From Candidatus Omnitrophota bacterium (GTDB lineage: Bacteria; Omnitrophota; Gorgyraeia; Zapsychrales; Zapsychraceae): a stretch of 64,000 nt of DNA. Positions within the stretch are counted from its first letter, which is position 1; each line of letters begins with the position of its first letter. Under the pieces are notes generated by a model, which did not search any database, was not told the origin of the DNA, and saw only the letters and a program-made list of their open reading frames with translations. The stretch lies in assembly GCA_029261055.1 (NCBI GenBank), contig JAJDCA010000037.1:82818-146817 (forward strand). Direction: 5' to 3'. This document shows, piece after piece, positions 30,432 through 40,148 of this stretch. A program made the translations under genes and the position numbers.

Positions 30432-31895
30432 TTACTTGTTTTTGTTTAGATTTTTAAATGTTTTAGAATTGCGACTCACTAGTAACGGATTAATAACATT
30501 CTCAAACTGTTTTACTAAGTCACCTTCGCCAATTACAGCAGAGCTATTACTTTTGACAGGTATGTTTGGATCTGTCTGGGAAATATCACCAAGGTCTAGC
30601 TCAATTCCACTATCTTCTTCATCAGAAGATGCTTCTGACTTATCCTCTTTACTATCTTCTTCAGAGGAGTCATCTTTACTGTCTTCACTCGCCTCAGCCT
30701 TTGAGTCTTTGTCTTCACTAGCATTTGCAACGACAAACTCTTTAATATCCTCAAGATAAGCAGTAAATTCTTCATCTTTCATTGCAGCACACTTAGTAAT
30801 GCGAGCCTTAACCTGATCCTCTGTCAATCCTACCTCTTTTAATGAGTCAGATCGCTTTTGCTTTAGCTCTTGAACTTCAAAGTAACTAATGCGCTCAGAG
30901 AGAGCTTTGTTTTCTTCTAATAGTTCGTCAAGTTTGCTGTTGTCAGATGTTTCTGGCAATTTACTATCTTTTGCTTCTGTCACTTTAGTATCTTCAGAAT
31001 TAGCAGCTTTAATAGCTTCAACCTCTTCCAAGATATCTTCTTTGGTGACTTTTTCACCTTCTCCACTCATGTTGTCTTCCTCCTTGTGAGTAGAAGTTGA
31101 GCTACCGAGACTAGCTACTACATGTTGCGCTAATACCTCGTCTATATATTCTACGTTACATTGAACTAACTTTGCTGAATCAGTATTACCAACACTAAGA
31201 ACTACCGATTCTGGATTTGCTGGATTTGCAACAACTCCGATTCCACCAAACAATATATCTCTCAATACACGTCCAACTCTTTGTCCTTGAAAGTCTCCCT
31301 TTCCGCCATTAGCGCGTAGAATTGGGTCTAGAATGGGTGCTGTATCTTTATTCCTGGCTACTACTTTATTACCTACTAAAAAGTCAAAGTCAGTAAACCA
31401 TGCTTCGACAGAAACAAACAGCTCACCGGCCAGCGCCTTCTCTTTGATGTCTTCTGCTATCTCTGGTAAAATAAAAGAATATATGACAGCTTCGTTAGTG
31501 ATATCAAAATCTTGAGGCATCCCGTCTTCTTCAGATCCTAGTGCCTGATCTATATCTGAATCCTCTACTCTGCTACCATCTTTATCTGTAACAAATGTCT
31601 CAAGCATATGTCCAATTATGCGAGTTTCGTCATGTTCAATATTTACTGGTTTGTGGGCACCTGTGTCACGAGCAGGTAGAACCTCTTCTGCAAGAAAAAC
31701 ATCGTCATTTAGATTCATTCCTGTTGACACAAGAATAGATGTCATTTTTAGTAGATCAAACTGGCTATCAATTTCTCCAGATTCGCTAGCAGCAACCTTT
31801 TTAGGTATACTTATCTTACTCGCCTCTGAAGCTGAGACTTCTCGTAGGCAGGCACGAGCAAGAAGTTTGGTTTTCATCGGTTTTTTATTTGGCAT
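30432..31895 (-). CDS. Prohead protease with C-terminal acidic scaffold
   Basis: NLNDDVF, KPVNIEHD..IIGH, VSVEAW, GIGVVANPANPES; acidic coiled-coil tail. Confidence 0.75.
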   Translation of the reverse strand: MPNKKPMKTKLLARACLREVSASEASKISIPKKVAASESGEIDSQFDLLKMTSILVSTGMNLNDDVFLAEEVLPARDTGAHKPVNIEHDETRIIGHMLETFVTDKDGSRVEDSDIDQALGSEEDGMPQDFDITNEAVIYSFILPEIAEDIKEKALAGELFVSVEAWFTDFDFLVGNKVVARNKDTAPILDPILRANGGKGDFQGQRVGRVLRDILFGGIGVVANPANPESVVLSVGNTDSAKLVQCNVEYIDEVLAQHVVASLGSSTSTHKEEDNMSGEGEKVTKEDILEEVEAIKAANSEDTKVTEAKDSKLPETSDNSKLDELLEENKALSERISYFEVQELKQKRSDSLKEVGLTEDQVKARITKCAAMKDEEFTAYLEDIKEFVVANASEDKDSKAEASEDSKDDSSEEDSKEDKSEASSDEEDSGIELDLGDISQTDPNIPVKSNSSAVIGEGDLVKQFENVINPLLVSRNSKTFKNLNKNK

Positions 31896-31922
31896 AGTGT
31901 TTACCTCTTATATTTAAATCAA

Positions 31923-33356
31923 TTATTTTAAAGAGTTAAGAAATTCTGCAAAGTCCTTTATGAACATTTTTGGAATATATGTATCATATGAATCTACAGA
32001 TTCAATATTATTTTCGGAGTCTCGATTTATATGAAGTAACATATAAAAGCTCCTGCCCTCTTCCTCATCCTCCATTATGACCTCGATGGTCTCCCTACTG
32101 CCAATCTTTTCAACTTCCTTTATTTTTGCCTTCATTCCTAGAAATGTTCCGTCTGATGAGCATATTGAATTAATCTCGCTAGGCAATTTGTCATGCATAC
32201 TTTGAATATCTTTATCATCAAAGCTTGCTTCGATTTTTACAATCTTTCCTTCGATTTCTTCAAAACTTGCTTTGCAGGTAAGTTTTTCTACATCTGTCTG
32301 ATCTTTTGCTGCCGATGTGTTTAGACATTTTAATTCTAGATGTAAGGTAGATGCTGACTCACTATCTTCTGATGATTCGGATAATTTAACATCATTAAAC
32401 TTCTCTTCTGTGTCTTCATTATCTTCTACAGGAGTTAGTTCAATTTGCTTGCTCTTATTTGATTTGAGTTTTTTACCTATCTGACTAAGTGCGCTCAGCA
32501 ACATTTTTCCAATGTCTGAACTACGTTCATCAGAGTCTTTTTCTTCATTTGATTGTACTTTTACTTTGTCATCATCATCTGAAGCATCTTTCTTGTATTT
32601 CTTATTATCCGTTTCGGACTCTGATTTATTTTCATCTGTTGCTTTTGGTTTAGTATCTACAACTTTGCCCAAATCTACAGTTTCAGAAGATTCTGAGGTT
32701 TCTAGCTTATTGTTTATTGATTTTCCACTTGGAAATGTCGGAAATATCTGACCACGAATTTCACCTAATGGGTATTCCGCAGAATGAATATTTACCAACA
32801 GTTGTCCTTCCATCAGCATTTTAGCCTGATCATCAGTAAGGGAAACCGAACCCTCTTTTATTCTACCAATTGGTAGTGGAACAACTATCTCTGCCTCGTC
32901 TGTTCTAGTACCACTCATGCCCTTATGGAGATGTGCAGCAGTTTCAACAGTTGATAGCTCATTGTGCTCAATAGTGTAAAATAATTCATTAGATATGGAA
33001 TTGAACATAAATCTAGCAGACCCATTGGCTGGACCAAATATTGGCGGCTTTTCCTGAATGGTGCTCATGCTGGCACTAAAGAACATGAGACTGTTTTCTA
33101 TTCTAATTTTGTCAAACAAAGATGTTGCTTCTGCCTTCTCTAATGAGCCAGCTATGGCATATACGTGGTCCATTAAATGCGATTTGGCAGATTCTATTTG
33201 CTCTTTTGGCAAATCATCTACTAACTTTAAACAGAGTGCCAGTCTATCAATATCAACTGTTGCGTGTGCATTTCCGTCTTTTACATCAGGTGTGTGATGT
33301 AGTAGTAGGCGATTATCTGTAGCAAAAGCCTTTTCCGGTAGCTTATTACGATCCAT
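31923..33356 (-). CDS. CHRD-domain protein in the head cluster
   Basis: GSARF..LFYTIEH..TAAHLH.G..LMEGQLLVNIHSAEYPLGEIRGQI is the CHRD signature; N-terminal RNKLPEKAFA motif. Confidence 0.8.
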   Translation of the reverse strand: MDRNKLPEKAFATDNRLLLHHTPDVKDGNAHATVDIDRLALCLKLVDDLPKEQIESAKSHLMDHVYAIAGSLEKAEATSLFDKIRIENSLMFFSASMSTIQEKPPIFGPANGSARFMFNSISNELFYTIEHNELSTVETAAHLHKGMSGTRTDEAEIVVPLPIGRIKEGSVSLTDDQAKMLMEGQLLVNIHSAEYPLGEIRGQIFPTFPSGKSINNKLETSESSETVDLGKVVDTKPKATDENKSESETDNKKYKKDASDDDDKVKVQSNEEKDSDERSSDIGKMLLSALSQIGKKLKSNKSKQIELTPVEDNEDTEEKFNDVKLSESSEDSESASTLHLELKCLNTSAAKDQTDVEKLTCKASFEEIEGKIVKIEASFDDKDIQSMHDKLPSEINSICSSDGTFLGMKAKIKEVEKIGSRETIEVIMEDEEEGRSFYMLLHINRDSENNIESVDSYDTYIPKMFIKDFAEFLNSLK

Positions 33357-33377
33357 GTTTCTCCTAATTGTTTAAGA

Positions 33378-33827
33378 CTATTTATTTCTATCTGTTAATT
33401 TATCAATCTTGCTCTCTACTATTTCTCTAACCATTTCTGTAGAGTGTCTCTGTTCTGATACTAACTTATCTATTAAATTTCTATTTTCTGCATGATCTGT
33501 TTGCTGTAATGTAACTAATTTTTCAACTGAATTTTTCTGTGATTCTACAGATACAGAAACAACTTGTGTAAGACCATCCAACGCTGCCGTAACATGATTA
33601 AGATGATTATCCAATGTTGTATCTCTACTTTGCACTAGTCCTACCATGTTTGTCATATTCTCCTTATGACCCTTAATCATATTTCTAATTAAAAAAAATA
33701 GAACACATGCGACAAATCCAGCCAATACAACTCCAAGACCATATTCTTGTGCAGCTTTACCCCAGCCGTCTATACCCCCTGCGTAACCAACAGAACTTGA
33801 CGCTGCTTCAGCAAGTAAAAAAACCAC
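33378..33827 (-). CDS. Membrane-anchored coiled-coil protein (holin-like?)
   Basis: Probable GTG start overlapping the portal TAG; TM segment YGLGVVLAGFVACVLFFLI followed by a coiled coil. Confidence 0.55.
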   Translation of the reverse strand: MVFLLAEAASSSVGYAGGIDGWGKAAQEYGLGVVLAGFVACVLFFLIRNMIKGHKENMTNMVGLVQSRDTTLDNHLNHVTAALDGLTQVVSVSVESQKNSVEKLVTLQQTDHAENRNLIDKLVSEQRHSTEMVREIVESKIDKLTDRNK

Positions 33828-35920
33828 TAATCCTCCGATATGCTGGCATTGCAAATACTGAACGCCTTTTGCACAATTGCTCTCATGGCCTTTTTATTTG
33901 GGGCCTTGTCATGCTTTTTACGAAATTTAGCAACCTCTTCTTTAGTTACTGACTCTACACATCTGTCCAGCTTCTTGCCAGACTTTGACTTAAGTGCATT
34001 CTTTACTAAATCTTTGGTCCACCTATTTTCGCATACTAGTTGCGGCAACGCTTTGCCTATATTATCTATAATATTTATACGATCTGCCTCAGTTAAGTCT
34101 CTCAAGCTATCGTATTTGGCATTATCTGCTATCGTTGTTGCTATCATCTTGTATAGCTTATCAAAACCATTGTCTATCCTGTCTCTAGGTATAGGAGTTT
34201 TTTTAGCCGCTGTCTTTTGACCCTGTGGGCTATCTGGCTGAGTCTGCTGCTGTTGTTTTTTCTTTGTCCCTGGCGGTCGTCCACCCTTCTCACCTTCTCC
34301 GCCCTGTTGTGCTGGATCGTTACCATCTATGTCGTCATCATTAAGTAGTTGAGCTATATTTGATGTAAATTTACCGATTCTTAATAATGCATGATCTGAT
34401 TCTTGTTCTAAGACTTTTCTTTTAGCATCCTCTCTTCTGATTCTCTCTACTTCTATCCCTATATCTTCTCCAAACCTATCAAGAAGTGTTTCAAATGATA
34501 TTACATTGCGATCAAATAGCTCTATCATAAACCTTTTTTCCACTTCTTCGTCTGTGAGTGACATTTTCCCTATGCGCACAATTGGCGATTTTCTAAATCT
34601 CATGTTTCTTGAAACAATATTGACTTGCTCAACCCAAAACGACTCTAATATCTTTTGTCCAGTCTCAAGTCTCTCCATTAGCGTTTTTATAGCTAGAAAA
34701 CTATTGGAAAAGTTTCCACCCTCTCCGTTTATTAATGCTTCCGGTATTCCTAATCCTGCACGAATGTCTGCATCAACTTGCTTATACTTTTCCGCTGAAA
34801 AGAAATTTTCAACTGGTGGAAATACTGTTTCTATTGAAATTAGGTCGTCCCAGACTATGGTTTTGCTCTTGTGGGGATTCATTAACATTGATGTTAATTT
34901 TTGGTATTTCTTTTTAGATGGCAAGAATCCTTTTTCAGTAGATCCAAGTTTCACAATTGTTAAGGCATTTGTTACGCCTTCAGCAACAGATATATCCATA
35001 TTTCGAATAAGTTTTTTAAATTTAACATCAGGTATTACTCTCCAAAGCAACGGAGTAGCCCATGAGCGATATCCGTCTCTTTTGTAATATAGCATCTTTA
35101 GTCTATTTTTAGGAAGATTTATAAATCCAGTGCTTTTAAGTTTATCAAATGTATCAGTACCTATACCTATTTGCTTTTCAAAATTATCTATAGCCTTGTC
35201 TCTGTCTTCTCCAATTTGAGTAGACGTATTTACGCTCTTAAGCCCAAGATCTTCTGGACTGAATCTATATGACCACCCAACAGTGTCTAATAATTCGCTT
35301 CCTGTTCTAAACACTCTTAGCACGTCTAGCATTTCGTATCTAAAAGGAATTACATTTTTAACAGGTATTTCTGGATCTAGTATTCGTGAACTAACAAATT
35401 TTTTCTCTTCTGCTGATGACTTACGCATACGGTTTATTTCTTCTTCGTTAAGTTCACCGAAAAAGCTTAGTATGGGTACATTTCCGTCACGATATACACC
35501 CTTTAGTATTTGCTCCGACACTTCGTATGTTTTGGCAGTTTTCATCCATTTTTTAAAAAACTGTTTTATTTTTTCATCATTATGCTGAATTTCCAAATCT
35601 TCTAATGCAAAATCTACCATTATATCTATGATGTTGCCGATAATGCCTACATTTTCGTATGCTTCACGACATGAGGCTATCCTCTGATGAGTTTCTGCCT
35701 CATCATTTGTTCCATTTATCTGTGTGTTTCCATTAAATGATATTCTATTGTAGTCTAGATTAGTAAAAGCATTGGCCTTACTAAAAACACTGTCAACTGG
35801 CATACTAATAGATGCTCTCATATCATCTTTGGCGAGTATTCCGTCCCACGCCTTAGCTTTTTTGAATAGTGTTTGATTGGCCTTATTTAAAAATGGATTG
35901 TCTGAATCTTTATTTGGCAT
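33827..35920 (-). CDS. Portal protein
   Basis: 697 aa directly after TerL; CREAYENVGIIGNIIDIMVDFA, YRDGNV, IRAGLGIPEALING, GGRP motifs. Confidence 0.85.
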   Translation of the reverse strand: MPNKDSDNPFLNKANQTLFKKAKAWDGILAKDDMRASISMPVDSVFSKANAFTNLDYNRISFNGNTQINGTNDEAETHQRIASCREAYENVGIIGNIIDIMVDFALEDLEIQHNDEKIKQFFKKWMKTAKTYEVSEQILKGVYRDGNVPILSFFGELNEEEINRMRKSSAEEKKFVSSRILDPEIPVKNVIPFRYEMLDVLRVFRTGSELLDTVGWSYRFSPEDLGLKSVNTSTQIGEDRDKAIDNFEKQIGIGTDTFDKLKSTGFINLPKNRLKMLYYKRDGYRSWATPLLWRVIPDVKFKKLIRNMDISVAEGVTNALTIVKLGSTEKGFLPSKKKYQKLTSMLMNPHKSKTIVWDDLISIETVFPPVENFFSAEKYKQVDADIRAGLGIPEALINGEGGNFSNSFLAIKTLMERLETGQKILESFWVEQVNIVSRNMRFRKSPIVRIGKMSLTDEEVEKRFMIELFDRNVISFETLLDRFGEDIGIEVERIRREDAKRKVLEQESDHALLRIGKFTSNIAQLLNDDDIDGNDPAQQGGEGEKGGRPPGTKKKQQQQTQPDSPQGQKTAAKKTPIPRDRIDNGFDKLYKMIATTIADNAKYDSLRDLTEADRINIIDNIGKALPQLVCENRWTKDLVKNALKSKSGKKLDRCVESVTKEEVAKFRKKHDKAPNKKAMRAIVQKAFSICNASISED

Positions 35921-35944
35921 ATTAAATTCTCCTGATAGATATTC

Positions 35945-35957
35945 ATTATATTGTACG
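35945..35957 (-). promoter_or_regulatory. Putative late promoter motif CGTACAATATAAT
   Basis: Intergenic, 24 nt upstream of the portal ATG and ahead of its AGGAG RBS. Confidence 0.65.
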
Positions 35958-36014
35958 TTTGATGCCTATACATATGGGCCATGTGCCCATAACATATATA
36001 TTCATGGTCTTATT

Positions 36015-39000
36015 TTATGTGAATTCATCAGACCATCCACCAATTGAGTTGTCGTCCTCGTATCTCTCTCTCAGGATCGCGTCTTTGTCATAATTTATCT
36101 CATCTAATCTCATGGCCATATAGTTAGCTAATAGAAATGAGGAATATCTATCTTTGTGCTTTACACCCTCTTCTTTTCTCTCGTCAGGTGGCTTTAAATC
36201 GAATGACTTCTTGCCTGTTTTAGTGTAGACTATTGTGATAGACGACAATTCTTTCTTTAATTCCGATACTTCAAACAGTATATCCTCTGCCTCGTCATCT
36301 AGGGCGCTAGTACTTGTGGTTACTGGAAACATGGTAAGCCTATCTTCAATATTTTTTTGAAGCAGGGTGTTTGACTCATCCAGCCACGCTGAGCCGAAAT
36401 TCTGTAAATTTAGTATTCGTAGCCCTTCTTTTGCCTCTTCGCTGTCGTCATCAAAATGATAAAACTTAGGTTCGTCTGGTTTACGAATTTCAAGACCATC
36501 ATCAGTTTTTTCCATATTTAACATTTCTTCTACAGCGTGGCCACCACCACCCGCATCCATGTTTATTCCAACAATGTTGAATCTTCTCCACAACTCTCTC
36601 ATGTGTGCTGCACATTCTGAATATTTTCTTTTTTGAGCAGTCCATTGATACACTAACTTGTGCGGTGTTCCGACCTCTATTATGGTGACAGCAAACCTAT
36701 CTAGCATTTTAGCTGGATCTACACCCATTACATACTGTCTCTTTGGCTTACCTCGCTTTAACACGGAAAAACCATTGGGCGGAGATGCTGTTGCTTCGCG
36801 TATCTGCTTGGCTTTATAGAATCCTGTACTGTCGTCTCCAAATAGCGTGTTGTACTCCATGTCGAACAATTGTTTTGGCATCTGTGACCTACTGGATTCA
36901 ATCACATCTTTTTCCATCATGCCATCTGGTATTGCCTCCCAGGGATAGCGCACGATACAGTAGTTATTGCAGTCAACCTCGTAGCCTTCGCGCTTTTCAC
37001 TTTCGTCAAATACATCACCGTGTTCGTCCACCGCACCCTTTACATTGTGTTTTATTATCTTCTGATAATGTGCGTAAACATGATGAAACGTCTCTCCTGT
37101 ATATCCTGCGGTTCCGGCCAATATAATTTTATTACCAGAATTGATATCTGACATAGCTAAATCTTCTGGCTCATTACCAATTGTACGAGCTTTTACCTTC
37201 TCCCAGGGGTCTAATTGTGTTGCAGCGAATCCACGCACTACTACATCAAATATTTCAATTGGAATTGAGTTGAACTCATCTGCCAGTATCACATGTCCAC
37301 GCTCTCCTCTAATTCTAGTATTGTGACTAAAGAATCCGTTTGCACAATACTCATGTCCATTTGGTACATGAATATCATATGTATGACCTTGACCATCGTG
37401 CTCTATGTCTGAAACTTTATCATAGAATATATTTGTATCATATAGATTTTCAATATCTTTAACTGTAGAATGATTAGTACCACCATGAACCCTTAAGAAT
37501 GTATTCGCCATCTTCCATGAAATATTTGATTTGTTTTTTAAATATCCATACGAACAATCTCTACTATTGTAGGAGCCTCTTGGTGCTCTAAACTCCTTGG
37601 AAAAACTTTTCACTTTGTCAATCATGTCTGGAAGATAATCGGAATGATTAACAAATCTTTTCTTATTTGCAATAATATTGTCTAGCCCATCTACTTTGCG
37701 AGATAAACGAAACCCTATTTTTTCATGAAATATTTTAAGATTGGCACCTCTTATTGTCAATTGATAACAAGTGTTCCATTTTTCACTACGATCACGTTTA
37801 TATACTGTTGCTACTATGCCGTAATGAAGCAGTATATATTGCAGTTGTTGAATTAGAATTTTGCTGGTATTATTAAACTCTACACATGTAGATCCTTCTC
37901 CAACATCAACAACACCTCCGTCTGAGTCCATTAGTCCTTTTATAAATTCTGTAACAACATGTCTTTCTGCACACATTATACTTTCTGGTATTCGTTTATC
38001 TTTTGTGCTAACATGTTTGTAAGATACTCCAAACTTAGACATAAAATTACTTTTGACAGACTTTCCATATGCATTGTAGTGACACCCATCTGTCGCAGGA
38101 ACAAAATTCCCAATTACACAAACAGCTTCAGCCAACTCCTGATCTTTTGTGGCAAATCCAATATTGTATTTGTCTTTAATACTGCCATCACCTATTATTA
38201 GTCCTAATGCATATGATTCATCTGGTGTAATGCTATTTGCCCCCTTGTGCCAGCGAATAGATCTGTCTATCAATACATGATCTGATTCAGTTATTTCATC
38301 AAATCTTGACCATATGATGTCTCCATCTCTAACAATTTTAACTTTGTGATTTTTTGTGCCACTAATTTCAAATCCACGAGAAGTACGAATTTTGATAATA
38401 TCTGTATAGCGATTATAATAAGACTCATTCGTTGACCTCATTTCCCCATTGCCCCAGACAGTTCTATTCCTATGAACTATGTTTTCGTTTTGGTCAACGT
38501 CTTCTGGTTGATCGTCTGATATGGTTCCAAATCTATCTCCATAAGTCACCATAGTGTCTGGACTTACACAGCCATCTCCCATTGGCAATGCTGTGACACT
38601 TGATCCACATATTTCTAGCTTCCAGCTATCCTGATTATGTACCGGCTCTCTCTCCATCATTTGACTCAACAATGGAGATTTTTTAATCATTTTTTCCATC
38701 TCATTGAAGACCAGCTTGGATTGTCTGAAGCTAGCTGAGACTAATATTATCCTTGAATATGGAAACATGATAGCATGATACAATGAATATGTAGCTAAGC
38801 TAAATGTCTTTCCGGCACCCCTTGACAATAATAGCAATGGAAACTTGTGTCTCAGCATTGCTATTATCATTGACATTTGGAATGGGAATAATTTTACACC
38901 TAGTAAATACTTTATACCAAAGGCAGGAGAATAGAATGGATTGCAGAGCTTGTAAAATTCCGTAAGCTCATCTTTTTCTTTCTGGTCCTCTCTAACATCT

Positions 39001-39101
39001 AATAATGGATTTATTAGTAATCTTTTATCTGGAATATTGTTCATCCACTCATAATCTGGATGAAATACTTTTGCAATTCTAGATATCTGTTTTGAGTCCA
39101 T
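36015..39101 (-). CDS. terL: Terminase large subunit containing an intein
   Basis: Walker A SRGAGKT, Walker B VILADEF, motif III AGTA, nuclease YVMGVDPA..DRF and KDRYS. Confidence 0.93.
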   Translation of the reverse strand: MDSKQISRIAKVFHPDYEWMNNIPDKRLLINPLLDVREDQKEKDELTEFYKLCNPFYSPAFGIKYLLGVKLFPFQMSMIIAMLRHKFPLLLLSRGAGKTFSLATYSLYHAIMFPYSRIILVSASFRQSKLVFNEMEKMIKKSPLLSQMMEREPVHNQDSWKLEICGSSVTALPMGDGCVSPDTMVTYGDRFGTISDDQPEDVDQNENIVHRNRTVWGNGEMRSTNESYYNRYTDIIKIRTSRGFEISGTKNHKVKIVRDGDIIWSRFDEITESDHVLIDRSIRWHKGANSITPDESYALGLIIGDGSIKDKYNIGFATKDQELAEAVCVIGNFVPATDGCHYNAYGKSVKSNFMSKFGVSYKHVSTKDKRIPESIMCAERHVVTEFIKGLMDSDGGVVDVGEGSTCVEFNNTSKILIQQLQYILLHYGIVATVYKRDRSEKWNTCYQLTIRGANLKIFHEKIGFRLSRKVDGLDNIIANKKRFVNHSDYLPDMIDKVKSFSKEFRAPRGSYNSRDCSYGYLKNKSNISWKMANTFLRVHGGTNHSTVKDIENLYDTNIFYDKVSDIEHDGQGHTYDIHVPNGHEYCANGFFSHNTRIRGERGHVILADEFNSIPIEIFDVVVRGFAATQLDPWEKVKARTIGNEPEDLAMSDINSGNKIILAGTAGYTGETFHHVYAHYQKIIKHNVKGAVDEHGDVFDESEKREGYEVDCNNYCIVRYPWEAIPDGMMEKDVIESSRSQMPKQLFDMEYNTLFGDDSTGFYKAKQIREATASPPNGFSVLKRGKPKRQYVMGVDPAKMLDRFAVTIIEVGTPHKLVYQWTAQKRKYSECAAHMRELWRRFNIVGINMDAGGGGHAVEEMLNMEKTDDGLEIRKPDEPKFYHFDDDSEEAKEGLRILNLQNFGSAWLDESNTLLQKNIEDRLTMFPVTTSTSALDDEAEDILFEVSELKKELSSITIVYTKTGKKSFDLKPPDERKEEGVKHKDRYSSFLLANYMAMRLDEINYDKDAILRERYEDDNSIGGWSDEFT
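37320..38570 (-). mobile_element. Intein (417 aa) with LAGLIDADG homing endonuclease
   Basis: Starts at GDG|CVSPDT, has the SGTKNHK block B, LAGLIDADG motifs ALGLIIGDG and IKGLMDSDG, and ends YCANGFFSHN|T. Confidence 0.93.
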
Positions 39102-39558
39102 TTCTTATTTCCTCACGATACAAAAATGCTCGTATCAACAAACTTCTAACTATCTTGTGTGCCATCTTTCTACTACCTGCAAAGATTATACTCACATTGT
39201 ACTTCATTGATAACGCTAGTATGCTTTCAAACACTGCATTTGGCGGAATTTTCGCATATCTATTTTTTTTATATATTGACGACCAATGATCTTCGACAAC
39301 TATATATCTGCGAGCGGAAGATTGCATTCTCTCCAGCTCTCTTATGAATCTTTTTCTATGCTTTCCAACATTGGCAGATAGTTCATCTGCGCTCTTTTTA
39401 CGTTCAATTGTGATAAGGTCTTCATGACCTTCGATTCCGTAATCACCGTGATCCAACTTCTTGTGTATTACTAACTCTATTGATTTGCCAGGTTTAAAGT
39501 CATATGGCATTTGCTCTCTTGAATCTATTACAATTGTTGGTAATTCTTTGTCTGACAT
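39079..39558 (-). CDS. ERCC4/XPF-family nuclease
   Basis: IVIDSREQ, GDY, TIERKKSADEL, YIVVE motifs. Confidence 0.88.
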   Translation of the reverse strand: MSDKELPTIVIDSREQMPYDFKPGKSIELVIHKKLDHGDYGIEGHEDLITIERKKSADELSANVGKHRKRFIRELERMQSSARRYIVVEDHWSSIYKKNRYAKIPPNAVFESILALSMKYNVSIIFAGSRKMAHKIVRSLLIRAFLYREEIRNGLKTDI

Positions 39559-39584
39559 GCGCCTTCCTGTTTTTGTTGATATTT

Positions 39585-40148
39585 TTATTTACACAAGCCT
39601 TTTGCATCTAGAAGTGCTTTGGCCAAACCCTCAACATCTTGCTTACTGAACCAACTGGTATCTTTTTGGCGCTGTTGCACTTTTGTCGACTTGTTTTTTG
39701 GTTCTTGGTTCAAAAATATTTGTGCCTGATCTTCAATATACGTATCAATACTCTTTTTAATTTCAGACAATTGTAGTGTAGTTTTATCGATAATGTCATT
39801 AAGATCACTGATTTTTTTACTATCATGTTTAATATCATGCTTAGTACAAAAGGACAGGGTGAGCATTGCTTTGGCCTGCTTTATCCTGGCCTCAATAGCA
39901 CGTTTAACAGTGTTTCCCATCATGTCTGGATTATACCAAGGTTCATGCACTATTTCTTTTTCTGGACCAAACATAAGCCTGCCCTCCAAGGCATCTATCT
40001 TTGTTTGTAGATCAACCTCTTGATTATGTATAGCGCTCCACTCATTACCGGATGCTCTACTGTCTAAGTTTAGGCGCTCTTGAGTTTTTGCAGAAAGCTG
40101 CTGCTTAAGTTGTTCGATGTTATCCACTACCATCTCCTGTAAAATCAT
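39585..40148 (-). CDS. Hypothetical coiled-coil protein
   Basis: 187 aa ORF within the operon; real start probably the GTG after AGGAG. Confidence 0.65.
   Translation of the reverse strand: MILQEMVVDNIEQLKQQLSAKTQERLNLDSRASGNEWSAIHNQEVDLQTKIDALEGRLMFGPEKEIVHEPWYNPDMMGNTVKRAIEARIKQAKAMLTLSFCTKHDIKHDSKKISDLNDIIDKTTLQLSEIKKSIDTYIEDQAQIFLNQEPKNKSTKVQQRQKDTSWFSKQDVEGLAKALLDAKGLCK

Noticed and set aside
35973-35991. TATGGGC/GCCCATA hairpin after terL as a terminator
   Set aside because: Only a 7-bp stem and no U-tract on the coding strand; function unsupported.
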